Assembly (NCBI GenBank): GCA_016207885.1
Contig: JACQZE010000014.1
Coordinates: forward strand, 25,724 to 89,723
Direction of reading: 5' to 3'
Length of the DNA: 64,000 nucleotides
Source: Nitrospirota bacterium
GTDB taxonomy: Bacteria; Nitrospirota; Thermodesulfovibrionia; UBA6902
Position 1 is the first letter of the stretch, and each line of letters starts with the position of its first letter. A program made the translations under genes and the position numbers. Shown in pieces: positions 36,279-45,423 of the stretch. Under the pieces are notes generated by a model, which saw only the letters and a list, made by a program, of their open reading frames with translations, did no database searches and had not been told where the DNA came from.

Positions 36279-36899
36279 ATGAAAGACCAAAAGGGATTCG
36301 GCCTGGCCGAGATCGCGATTATCATTACGATCGTAGTTATACTCTCATTTTCATTACTTAAGGGATGTGAGATGATAGAAGACGCCAAGCTTAAGAAGTT
36401 TGAGAAGAGCGTTCTTAAATGGAAAGAGAGCGCAAAAGATTATTACAATATTAAAGGCCATCTTCCGGGTGATACAAATTCTAATCTTATAATAGGGGAT
36501 GAAGGATTTCCGTCACCGGGAACTACTCTGATACAGAAGGCGGATTTTATCAACAACCCGCCGTCAAACCCCATGGCGGTTGGCAGCCTGAGTTTTTGGG
36601 TCTATTACGGCAATGACGGCAATACAGTCAGGCCGAGAAATGTCCTTGTCATATGCTCTGATAATGCCTGTATGAAAACTTTTGCCAGCAATGAGCTGAA
36701 ATATGTTCAATCGTTTGATACAGTGATCGACGGCGAAGCAGACGGCAAAGCAGGTGAGGTAAAGGCCTTGTCTGCGGTCACAGTCTATGGTTCAGGAGAT
36801 AACAGGGTTGTCACTCATCTGGATACTGCTAATGCAGTTGAGTGGGGTTCAAACAACGGCGTAGCGCTCGTATACTATTTAAAGGGGCGTTTAAAATAG
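36279..36899 (+). CDS. Type IV prepilin-like protein, small paralogue family (G|FGLAE variant)
   Basis: 206 aa with MKDQKG|FGLAEIAIIITIVVIL. Family motifs are GDTNSNLIIGDE, RNVLVICSDNACMK, SFDTVIDGEA and a C-terminal ALVYYLKG. The first O-OTase-like gene follows after 18 nt. Confidence 0.75.
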   Translation: MKDQKGFGLAEIAIIITIVVILSFSLLKGCEMIEDAKLKKFEKSVLKWKESAKDYYNIKGHLPGDTNSNLIIGDEGFPSPGTTLIQKADFINNPPSNPMAVGSLSFWVYYGNDGNTVRPRNVLVICSDNACMKTFASNELKYVQSFDTVIDGEADGKAGEVKALSAVTVYGSGDNRVVTHLDTANAVEWGSNNGVALVYYLKGRLK

Positions 36900-36917
36900 T
36901 GAAAGTCTTTTTCCGGT

Positions 36918-38687
36918 ATGAATAAAGACACCTTTAAAAATCTCTGCCTCGTCGTATTATATCTTCTTTTCCTGGCCATTATACATATTAATATCAGGAA
37001 CCTCGGCGGTTCTGTTGTTAATCCGGTTGCTTACATGGTATGGATGGCGGTTTCAGCTGTTGTCCTTCTTGCTTTGATGCAGGCCTTTCTTCAGGATGTC
37101 GGCATTCTTGTCATTCCTAAAATAACGGCCTATATTCTGCTCTTCGCAGCTCTCTTTCTTTTGCCGGCCATATTCAATCCGATAACTGACGCGCACTCCT
37201 TTATCTTTAAGAACCTGGGACTGGCAGGCGGCATTATATTTTTTATCTCCCTGCATCAGTTTAATTTCTCTGATGAGCAGAAGGAAAAACTTTTATATGT
37301 GATATTTTTGTCGGCTGTTATTGAGGCAGGCATCGGACTTGCGCAGTATCTTGCTCCGTGGGCAAGGATACCGATGCTGGCATTCTCTACAACAGGTGAT
37401 GTTTTTGGTAATTTTCAGCACCAGAATGTGCTTGCCTCTTTTCTTGCCACCTCAATCGTTATCTCTCTCTATGCGCTGACAGCGCCTTTATTCCGCAGAG
37501 CTGACAGATGGGGTAAGGCGGGATTTTTTATTGCCGTTACAGTCATTTCCTTTATCCTGTTTATCACAGGGTCAAGGGCAGGGCTCATAGGATTGTTTCT
37601 GGGTTGCGTAACGCTATTAATAACGAGGTACAGGCTTTTCAAGACAGCGCCTCTCTATCTTTTAATATGGACGCTTGCAGTGACTGCAGGGCTGGGACTT
37701 AACCTTTCTTCCGAGAAATATCTTTATCAAAAAGAGCGCGGCGTCTTCTCTGCCGCAAAGAAACTTCAGACCGCGTCAGAGAGCTTTATGGCTGAAAAAG
37801 CAGGCGACCCGAGAATACTGATGTACAGGGTATCACTTGAGATGATCAAAGACAGTCCTGTTTTCGGGCATGGGCCTGGCGGGTTCAAGAGCAAGTATGT
37901 ATTTTTCAGGCGGCAGTTTACCGAAAATATGAGCAGCCGCCCGAGCCTGAATACATTTACATATTATCCGCACAGCGAAACACTCTTTATCCTCATAGAA
38001 TCAGGTTTGGCAGGAGGCTTGGGACTGATAATAATATCTGCGGCCTTTCTGATGTATATATTCAGGCTTGGCATGGAGAGAGGCGGCTTGTATGCCTCTC
38101 TTTTATTGCCGTTAACTTTTCACTCTCAGGTCGAATTTCCGTTCTATCAATCTGCTGTTCATTGGGCGCTCTTTTTGTTTTTATGCTATCTTGTGTCTTC
38201 TCACTTCGTGCGTGAAGTGAATTTTAAGATTGAACGCCGGCTGCGGATCGCGTTGTTAACTGCATCTGTATGCGTATTCATGCTTACAAATATTTTTATG
38301 GCAAGGACGCTGAGCGCGAATATCAAACTGACTGAGTATTACAGGCTTTTGACTTCAGAGGGTGTGAGCCGCATGAAGCTTGCTGAACCTGCGCTGAATA
38401 ATCTGTATCTTGGCCAGTCTGCCCAGAGGATGCTGATGGATTTCGGGCTTGGGATGGCGCTCGGTAAGGATGATAAAAAATTCCTGAATGAGTTTGTCCA
38501 ATGGGCTGAGGAGGAGAGAACCCGCTTCCCGCATTTTATGCTTTACGAAGGCGAGGCAAGGGCTTTGTCCGCGCTTGAAAAAAAAGATGAGGCATTTAAA
38601 CTCCTTGATGAGGGGCTGAGTCTTTATCCTGACAATGAAACATTACTAAATGCGAAGAAAGAATTGGAGTTAACGAGCGGGCTTTAA
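36918..38687 (+). CDS. Wzy_C / PglL / TfpO-like O-antigen-ligase-family membrane protein with a TPR-like C-terminal domain (copy 1)
   Basis: 589 aa, about 10-12 TM helices. GSRAGLIG and YYPHSETLFILIESGLAGGLGL match the O-antigen ligase signature region. A soluble C-terminal helical-repeat tail follows. Confidence 0.7.
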   Translation: MNKDTFKNLCLVVLYLLFLAIIHINIRNLGGSVVNPVAYMVWMAVSAVVLLALMQAFLQDVGILVIPKITAYILLFAALFLLPAIFNPITDAHSFIFKNLGLAGGIIFFISLHQFNFSDEQKEKLLYVIFLSAVIEAGIGLAQYLAPWARIPMLAFSTTGDVFGNFQHQNVLASFLATSIVISLYALTAPLFRRADRWGKAGFFIAVTVISFILFITGSRAGLIGLFLGCVTLLITRYRLFKTAPLYLLIWTLAVTAGLGLNLSSEKYLYQKERGVFSAAKKLQTASESFMAEKAGDPRILMYRVSLEMIKDSPVFGHGPGGFKSKYVFFRRQFTENMSSRPSLNTFTYYPHSETLFILIESGLAGGLGLIIISAAFLMYIFRLGMERGGLYASLLLPLTFHSQVEFPFYQSAVHWALFLFLCYLVSSHFVREVNFKIERRLRIALLTASVCVFMLTNIFMARTLSANIKLTEYYRLLTSEGVSRMKLAEPALNNLYLGQSAQRMLMDFGLGMALGKDDKKFLNEFVQWAEEERTRFPHFMLYEGEARALSALEKKDEAFKLLDEGLSLYPDNETLLNAKKELELTSGL

Positions 38688-38688
38688 T

Positions 38689-40464
38689 ATGATAAAGAGG
38701 ACATATTTTTTGATACTCGGGCTGCTCTTTCTGGTGGTTTTCCACATAACTATCAGGAACTTCGGTTCCCCGCTTGTCCTTCCTGTGGCTTATTTTATCT
38801 GGATAACGATATCAGGGCTTGTGCTTCTCTCAGTGATACAGATATTCAATGAATGGAAGATAACATTTCCGCGCGCTTCCATATATATTCTTATTTTTCT
38901 GCTATTAGTGCTTCAGTCTGCCTTGTTCAACCCTATCATAGACAGCCATGCATTCATATTTGAGACGGCCGGGTTCATTGGCGGGATAATATTCTTCATA
39001 TCCCTGCATCAGTTTGAACTTACGGATGATGATAAGGAGAGACTGTTTTATGTGATATTTATCTCCGGCATGATAGAGGCGCTGATAAGCCTGTTTCAAT
39101 ACTTTAACCCAAACACAGGCATCTTTTTGATAGTTATCCCTGCTGCAAAGAAGATCTATGGCAATTTCCAGCATCAGAACCTTTTAGCCTCGTATCTTGC
39201 GACATCCGTTGTGATATCGTTCTATCTCATAACCGGGGAGATTTTCAAGGGATTTAACAGATGGCTTAAGGCTATGTTTTATCTTGTTGTTCTGCTCATG
39301 TGCTTCATCATCTTCCTCACAGGCTCAAGGGCAGGAGTGATAGAGGCAGGGGCCGGAGTGATTATACTCCTGGCAGCGAGGTATGGGCGTTACAGGGAGA
39401 GGTTGCTCTACCCTGCCGTATGGATGCTGATGATAGTATTTGGAATATCCGGAAGTGTGGCTGCTGAGAAGTATTACTACAAAAGGGATTCCGCGCTCAG
39501 CTCTGTAGGGCATAAGATCGGCATGACGATGGAGAGCGTGGCAGGTGATGAGGTCACGGACGCAAGAGTGCCGATGTATCTTACCGCTGTAAACATGATT
39601 GAAGATAAGCCGCTAACAGGACACGGGCCTGGCAGCTTCGGCAGCAAGTTCATGCACTACCGAAGCAGGCTTGCCAAAGAGCATCCTGAATATCCTTATG
39701 AAGTTGCATTTATATCACATCCGCACAACGAGTTTTTATACAGGACTGCTGAGTCCGGCCTGCTGGGCGGTGCGGGGCTGCTGGGTGTCGGGGTTGCGTT
39801 TATGGTATGCCTTATCAAACTCGGCAGAGAACGGGGCGGAACTTATGCGGCTTTTTTATTTCCGATGGCATTTGATACTCAGGTGAGTTATTCCCTTTAC
39901 CAGTCCATGCCGCATTGGGCGCTCTTTCTGTTTCTGCTTTACCTGCCGTCATCGTACTTCATAAAAGAAGTTAAAATAAGACCTGCCGGACTCCTGAAGA
40001 CGGGCGCATTGACTGCCGCTGCTACGCTATTTGTGGTCATAACCTACCTCTCAATAACAACTCTCAATGCGCAGATAGCTATGAAAAAATATCAGGATCA
40101 TCTTTTAAAGGAAAATATCATAAGACCCGAGCTCTTAATACCGTCTCTCAATAATCTCTATCTCAGACAGATAGGCATAAGGCTTTTGATGGATGCAAAG
40201 CTGAGGGCAGGGCTCATGCGGGGCGACAAAAAGATGCTTGAGGAGTTTGTCGAGTTTTCCAGAGAAGAGCGGAAGGTATATCCGCGTAGCGTGCTGTATT
40301 TGAGGGAGGCGAGGGCGCTCTTTGACCTCGGCAGAAGAAAAGAGGCATACAGACTTCTTGAGGAAGGACTGAGTCTTTATCCGGGCAGAGCTGATCTGAC
40401 AGATACAAAAAAGGAGTTTCTTATTGAAGAGACAGAAGAGGTTATGCGCAGCAGGATGAACTAA
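38689..40464 (+). CDS. Wzy_C / PglL / TfpO-like protein (copy 2)
   Basis: 591 aa, colinear paralogue of copy 1 (GSRAGVIE, SHPHNEFLYRTAESGLLGGAGL). Starts 1 nt after the copy 1 stop. Confidence 0.7.
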   Translation: MIKRTYFLILGLLFLVVFHITIRNFGSPLVLPVAYFIWITISGLVLLSVIQIFNEWKITFPRASIYILIFLLLVLQSALFNPIIDSHAFIFETAGFIGGIIFFISLHQFELTDDDKERLFYVIFISGMIEALISLFQYFNPNTGIFLIVIPAAKKIYGNFQHQNLLASYLATSVVISFYLITGEIFKGFNRWLKAMFYLVVLLMCFIIFLTGSRAGVIEAGAGVIILLAARYGRYRERLLYPAVWMLMIVFGISGSVAAEKYYYKRDSALSSVGHKIGMTMESVAGDEVTDARVPMYLTAVNMIEDKPLTGHGPGSFGSKFMHYRSRLAKEHPEYPYEVAFISHPHNEFLYRTAESGLLGGAGLLGVGVAFMVCLIKLGRERGGTYAAFLFPMAFDTQVSYSLYQSMPHWALFLFLLYLPSSYFIKEVKIRPAGLLKTGALTAAATLFVVITYLSITTLNAQIAMKKYQDHLLKENIIRPELLIPSLNNLYLRQIGIRLLMDAKLRAGLMRGDKKMLEEFVEFSREERKVYPRSVLYLREARALFDLGRRKEAYRLLEEGLSLYPGRADLTDTKKEFLIEETEEVMRSRMN

Positions 40465-42266
40465 TGTTACAGCCACCCTCCTTATCCAGCCGTTACCTAT
40501 TTGTTTTTATATCCATAATATACTTATTTTTAATGCATATCCCGATTCCGGGGATAGGCGGTATAACTGCCACCCCGCAGGAGTATCTTATCTGGGTCGT
40601 GATACTGACAATTATTCTTTTTTCTCTCTTCAGGGCCATAAAAGATAATGCGTTTGTCACACCGTCATATCTCAGGTATTTTCTTGTTTATCTGGTACTT
40701 ATTTTATCAACAGCAATATTTAATCCGATAATGAATACCGGCATCTTTGTAATAAATGTACTGCGGCTATTAGCTGCTTTTATAATCTGGCTCAGCCTGC
40801 ATCAGTTCAGGCTCGGGGAGAAAGAGAAGGAAGATATTTTATTGCTAATACTTGTTTCCGCTGTTATCGAATCATTGATGGTGATTATCCAGCCTTATGC
40901 ATTTACAGAATACATACCGCCTGTCGGCGGGGCGTTTGCGCAGAAGAACCTCTTTGCCTCATGGACAGCAACAGGAATTGCCATCAGCTTGTATTTTATA
41001 ACAACTAAACGGTTCAGCGGATATGAAGATATAAAGAAGGCGCTGATTTTCTCTTCCGCGGCATTGATGTCTGCCGGCCTTATTCTCGCAAGCTCACGCG
41101 CCGGGCTTCTCGGAGCATCTCTTGCCATCATGATACTACTCACAACAAATTGGAGAAGATACTCAGCTATAAGAAAACATCTTGCAATATGGTTTCTGGT
41201 CTTTGCTCTTGGGATCGGGGGAGGGTTTTATCTTTCGGCCTCGTCGTCTCATAGCCTGAAGAAAGAGGCTGAGCAAGGGGTAAGGTGGCTTGCAGATACA
41301 GGGCAGAGGTCATATGCGGAGCGGCTTCTGATGTACAGGACTTCGTATGAGATGTTTAAGCAGAGGCCGATATCCGGTCAGGGTTTCTCAAATTTCGGAA
41401 GTCTCTACATGTACCACCAGGCAGAAGCTGCGAAGGAGAATGCCGGAGACAAGGCGCTCATTCATGATTATATATCCCATCCGCACAATGAGTTTATTTA
41501 TATATTGGCGGAGTGCGGGATTGTCGGGATATCGGCACTTATCATTGCGCTTTTCGGTATCTGGAGGATACTCAGAAGGACAGGTGCAGGGCAGGCAGGG
41601 ATATATGCCGCGCTGCTCATGCCGTTGATTGTGCATATGATGGTTGAGTATCCGCTTAAGTTATCGACTGTACATTATCTTCTGTTTATTATCCTTTTAT
41701 ATATGGTTACATCCAATGAGACAAAGGTTAGGGAGTTGAAGGCAGGCAAGGGCGCAGCAGCGGCTGTCATGGCAATTGCCGGAGCGCTATATCTCGGAAC
41801 AACAGCATATACATTCAGGACATTCGAGGATTATATGAACCTTGTTGCCTTCAATATCAAGTTCAATGAAGAAAAGGGAAGAATTTCTGAAGAGCACATA
41901 AAGCCTGCGATGGAGAATAGATATCTTCGGGAGACTGCTGTGCCAGATTACATGTATAAAAAGGCGATCGCCGCAGCTTCTGATCCTGAGATGAACAAAG
42001 GCTTTATAGATAAATTTCTGACATGGAATGAGGCTGAGAAGCTGAGAAGGCCTGTGATGAGATCGTTTTATACAGAAGGCCTGCTCTTCTATTATATTGG
42101 AAGCCGTGACACAGACAAGCCCCTTTTTTATTTGAATAAGGCTTTGAGTGCTATTAGACAAGGGCTGTATCTTTATCCTAATGACAGATACCTGACCACA
42201 TTAAAAGAGAGGTCATCACCCAAATATGTGACCGGGAGCATGGGCTTGGAGCCACATCCCCGGTAG
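40464..42266 (+). CDS. Wzy_C / PglL / TfpO-like protein (copy 3)
   Basis: 600 aa, colinear paralogue (SSRAGLLG, SHPHNEFIYILAECGIVGISAL). Its start overlaps the copy 2 stop by 1 nt. Confidence 0.7.
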   Translation: MLQPPSLSSRYLFVFISIIYLFLMHIPIPGIGGITATPQEYLIWVVILTIILFSLFRAIKDNAFVTPSYLRYFLVYLVLILSTAIFNPIMNTGIFVINVLRLLAAFIIWLSLHQFRLGEKEKEDILLLILVSAVIESLMVIIQPYAFTEYIPPVGGAFAQKNLFASWTATGIAISLYFITTKRFSGYEDIKKALIFSSAALMSAGLILASSRAGLLGASLAIMILLTTNWRRYSAIRKHLAIWFLVFALGIGGGFYLSASSSHSLKKEAEQGVRWLADTGQRSYAERLLMYRTSYEMFKQRPISGQGFSNFGSLYMYHQAEAAKENAGDKALIHDYISHPHNEFIYILAECGIVGISALIIALFGIWRILRRTGAGQAGIYAALLMPLIVHMMVEYPLKLSTVHYLLFIILLYMVTSNETKVRELKAGKGAAAAVMAIAGALYLGTTAYTFRTFEDYMNLVAFNIKFNEEKGRISEEHIKPAMENRYLRETAVPDYMYKKAIAAASDPEMNKGFIDKFLTWNEAEKLRRPVMRSFYTEGLLFYYIGSRDTDKPLFYLNKALSAIRQGLYLYPNDRYLTTLKERSSPKYVTGSMGLEPHPR

Positions 42267-42517
42267 CAGCACTCGGGGATGGAAGAAACAGGATGTTCTA
42301 AGGTTTTTAGTCTCTCTAAATCAGTAACCTGCCCTATTTGTTTTACTCTGTCATTTTTTCTATAATTAAATATAATAGCTTCTCATCTTGAAATGGTATT
42401 AACACACTGAAAAATAATAAAAATCAGGAATATCATTTTTGCCTTCCAATACATTTGCAACACATAATTTTATGTAGTATCCTCTAATTAAGATTAGAAT
42501 TAATAATATAATCAGTT

Positions 42518-43780
42518 ATGGCCAATATGAAGAATAAGGGTTTCAGCCTGGTTGAATTATCAATAGCCATCGTTATTGTCGGCATCCTGATTGCTATGGG
42601 CATGAAGATGCTGGTTCCGCTGGTTGAGAGGACAAAGCGGTCTGCGACAAGAGAGACGGTAGATGCGGCTGTAGAGGCTGTTATAGGTTTTGCCGAGACG
42701 AATGGCCGGCTTCCCTCTGATTTAGAGTTCCCCGGCTTAGTGAGAAATTCCAAGGATGTATGGGGCAACGACCTTATTTATCTTCATGATGTTAACCTCG
42801 AAGTTGCCGACAGTGTCTGCGCGAGAAACACGACAGATATTTCTTTGAGAACATGCGGGGATTCGGGGTGCAGTTCATATGAAACTACAAGTGATATCGC
42901 ATTTCTCGTGCTGAGCGCCGGGTCAAATCAGAATGTCCAGACAGATACGGCAACGGTTCCTGTCAAGGTCTATACTTTGGGACTGTCAGGTATTGATGAC
43001 TATGCTTCAGGGCTTAACAGGGCTGAGGCTTATGATGATATTGTAGAGAGGGTGGTTTTATCCGAGCTTAGGGTAAAGGCGGGCTGCTTAGGAAGCCTGC
43101 TTAATATCCTGACACTTGAGATACCTTCCGGTTTCGTGCTTTCAAATTACATGACAAATATTTTTGCCAGCGGCGGGGTGCCTTGGGCTGATGATAATGC
43201 ATCACCGGGTGATGATGATGGCTCAGTAAATCCCCCCCCTGATTACAGATGGTGCGTTACAGGAACACTTCCTATTGGCTTAAGTTATGTATGCAACGGC
43301 TCCCTCGCTGTATCTGTATCCTGCGCCTGGGATGCTGATACAGATACAGAGACAGGAACATGGCAGCAGTGCACCAGCCTTGAGATCTCATCAGGAACAG
43401 ATGGGCCCACAGAGGACGGGGCATTCAACCTTCCTGTATTTGTAAGGGATAATGCTGACAACACGGCGCAGAGGACATTCGGCTTGAGCATAAGCCAGGT
43501 AGTCGGGCTGCACATCTGTCAAGACTACAGGGTATGGAATAATGACTCGACATCAAGGTATTTTGTTAATGGAGGCGGCTGTTATCAGATTGCAACCGGC
43601 GGCGAGATAACAACCGTTAGTACCGGCGGACTGCTTCAAAATGGTGAAGTCATTGTGCGGCATACCGGCGGCGGATGCGGGGGTTCTGATACTGCGATAA
43701 ATTATAATCAGGCGATCTTTGCCGATAATAACTCTGATTGCTGTATCAACCATGACCAGTCTGACAAGACCTGTCCCTGA
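42518..43780 (+). CDS. Giant modular prepilin-like protein P1
   Basis: 420 aa with MANMKNKG|FSLVELSIAIVIVGILIA. Shared module motifs are DVWGNDLIY, CARNTTD, AFLVLSAGSNQNVQTD, GLSGIDDY and AYDDIVERVVLSELRVKAGC. An Ig-like LP.G...ISG...V.VRDN segment and a Cys-framed C-terminal module ending KTCP follow. Confidence 0.75.
   Translation: MANMKNKGFSLVELSIAIVIVGILIAMGMKMLVPLVERTKRSATRETVDAAVEAVIGFAETNGRLPSDLEFPGLVRNSKDVWGNDLIYLHDVNLEVADSVCARNTTDISLRTCGDSGCSSYETTSDIAFLVLSAGSNQNVQTDTATVPVKVYTLGLSGIDDYASGLNRAEAYDDIVERVVLSELRVKAGCLGSLLNILTLEIPSGFVLSNYMTNIFASGGVPWADDNASPGDDDGSVNPPPDYRWCVTGTLPIGLSYVCNGSLAVSVSCAWDADTDTETGTWQQCTSLEISSGTDGPTEDGAFNLPVFVRDNADNTAQRTFGLSISQVVGLHICQDYRVWNNDSTSRYFVNGGGCYQIATGGEITTVSTGGLLQNGEVIVRHTGGGCGGSDTAINYNQAIFADNNSDCCINHDQSDKTCP
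43232..43239 (+). repeat. C8 homopolymer inside P1 (codons NPPP)
   Basis: tcccccccct read directly at 43231-43240. Confidence 0.95.
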
Positions 43781-43848
43781 TCTGTCAGACGGCTGATATT
43801 GAGATTTAAAGACTTTAATATGCGATGTCATTTTTCAGGAGGTGTATT

Positions 43849-45375
43849 ATGTTAAAAGACAGGAGAGGCTTTAACATAGTGGAGATGGCGCTGGTTCTTG
43901 TTGTAGTGGGCGTGCTCATTGCTGTTGGTATTGCGATGCTGATACCTTTGACAAACAGGGTGAAGCATAAGTCGACAGAGAAGATAATAGCAGACGCCGC
44001 AGAGGCGGTCATAGGTTTTGCGGATATAAATCACCGGCTGCCGACCGCTGACGAGTTCAATGATGTCTCGGGCAATTTAACTGATACATGGGGGAATCCC
44101 CTTGTTTATATCCCGGATCTGAACCTTGTAATTGAAAATAGTATCTGTCTGAGAAACGTGTCAGATACAACAGTGAATGTATGCGGGGATTCTTCATGCG
44201 CATCTCCCATAGCTAATGCGGATAATTCAGCATTTCTTATCCTTAGTCCCGGCCCGAATCTTAATATTCAGACAGATATATATGGCAGCTCTAACAGTAA
44301 TGGGAACTCAAACTCTAACGGCAACTCTAATGAGAATGAGAATATGAACGGCAACTCAAATACTAATGATAATGATAACTCAAACTCCAATGGCAATGGC
44401 AATGAGAACGGCAACTCTAATGAGAATGAAAATGATAACCTGAACTCCAATGGCAATGGCAATGAGAACGGCAACTCTAATGAGAATGAAAACTCAAACT
44501 CTAATAGCAATGGCAATGAAAATAGCAGCACTGACGCCCTTATAAATGTATATACCGAGGGATTAGCCGGGATAGATGATTACGCCGATGAACTGGACAG
44601 GCCGGAAGCATATGATGATATCGTCAAGTGGGTAGTGCTTCCTGAGCTAAGGCTCAGGGCAGGATGTGAGGGGAGCCTGTTGAGGATACTTGAAAATCCG
44701 CTTCCTTCAGGGCTTATATCTCAGGCATATGATACTGATATCTTTGCCACAGGCGGAGTGCCCTGGGCTGACGGGGCGGATGCTGATACTGCAGATGATT
44801 ACAGATGGTGCGTGACCTCAAGCCTGCCTGACGGCTTAAGCTACAGCTGCAACGGCGCTCTTGTTTCCTCTGCATCATGCGGCTGGAATGCCGAAACCGC
44901 TACAGAGACCGGGACATGGCAGCAGTGCACCAGCCTTACGATATCAGGTTCACCCGCAACAAGCGGTTCTTTCAGCCTGCCGGTATATGTGAGGGATAAT
45001 GGCGACAATACTGACATGAGGTCATTTGCCTTTACAATAAGCCAGATCTCAGGGTTGCATATCTGTCCTCAATACAGGGTATGGAATACTGACCCCGGCA
45101 CTGATACGGATTATCTTATAAGGGCTGGCAGTGAGCCCGGCGATCCCATTCCTTCAGGAGGTGAATGTGATAATGTTCCACTTGATAATGAGATAACCGC
45201 TGATCTCAAAACCCTTATACGGGGAGAGGTGCTGGAGCAGCATTCTACTGCAAACGGTTCCTGTGGGGGCATGGAGGCTCGTTTGACCTATAACCAGGCG
45301 ATAGCATTGGATACAAACGGTGACTGCTGCCTTGATTTTGATAATAATGTTGTTATTGAAAAGATCTGCCCGTGA
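43849..45375 (+). CDS. Giant modular prepilin-like protein P2 with an Asn/Ser-rich insert
   Basis: Start set at ATG 43849 behind CAGGAGG, giving MLKDRRG|FNIVEMALVLVVVGVLIA. Same module as P1 (TWGNPLVY, AFLILSPGPNLNIQTD, GLAGIDDY, AYDDIVKWVVLPELRLRAGC). The C-terminus ends EKICP. Confidence 0.75.
   Translation: MLKDRRGFNIVEMALVLVVVGVLIAVGIAMLIPLTNRVKHKSTEKIIADAAEAVIGFADINHRLPTADEFNDVSGNLTDTWGNPLVYIPDLNLVIENSICLRNVSDTTVNVCGDSSCASPIANADNSAFLILSPGPNLNIQTDIYGSSNSNGNSNSNGNSNENENMNGNSNTNDNDNSNSNGNGNENGNSNENENDNLNSNGNGNENGNSNENENSNSNSNGNENSSTDALINVYTEGLAGIDDYADELDRPEAYDDIVKWVVLPELRLRAGCEGSLLRILENPLPSGLISQAYDTDIFATGGVPWADGADADTADDYRWCVTSSLPDGLSYSCNGALVSSASCGWNAETATETGTWQQCTSLTISGSPATSGSFSLPVYVRDNGDNTDMRSFAFTISQISGLHICPQYRVWNTDPGTDTDYLIRAGSEPGDPIPSGGECDNVPLDNEITADLKTLIRGEVLEQHSTANGSCGGMEARLTYNQAIALDTNGDCCLDFDNNVVIEKICP
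44287..44529 (+). repeat. In-frame Asn/Ser/Gly/Glu low-complexity tract with about three tandem 60-bp units
   Basis: Sequence lines 44341-44400, 44401-44460 and 44461-44520 align in register (for example aatgagaacggcaactctaatgagaatgaa appears twice). The tract encodes SNSNGNSNSNGNSNENEN... Confidence 0.9.
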
Positions 45376-45423
45376 TCTTTGTGTTAACGGCATATAAAGG
45401 ACAAGAGTTTTAAGAGGTATTTC

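Noticed and set aside
33128-36899. The conserved C-terminal (V/L)YY(F/I/L) ends of the small pilins as a PEP-CTERM or other C-terminal sorting signal, prompted by the PrsK/PrsR-like regulators.
   Set aside because: There is no Pro-Glu-Pro motif, no C-terminal TM helix and no basic tail. The proteins have N-terminal class III signals instead.
44287-44529. Periodic 60-bp repeats that could superficially suggest a CRISPR-like or satellite array.
   Set aside because: The repeats are in frame inside P2. They consist of AAT/AAC/GGC/AGC/GAG codons, have no unique spacers, and no cas genes are nearby. This is a coding low-complexity tract.
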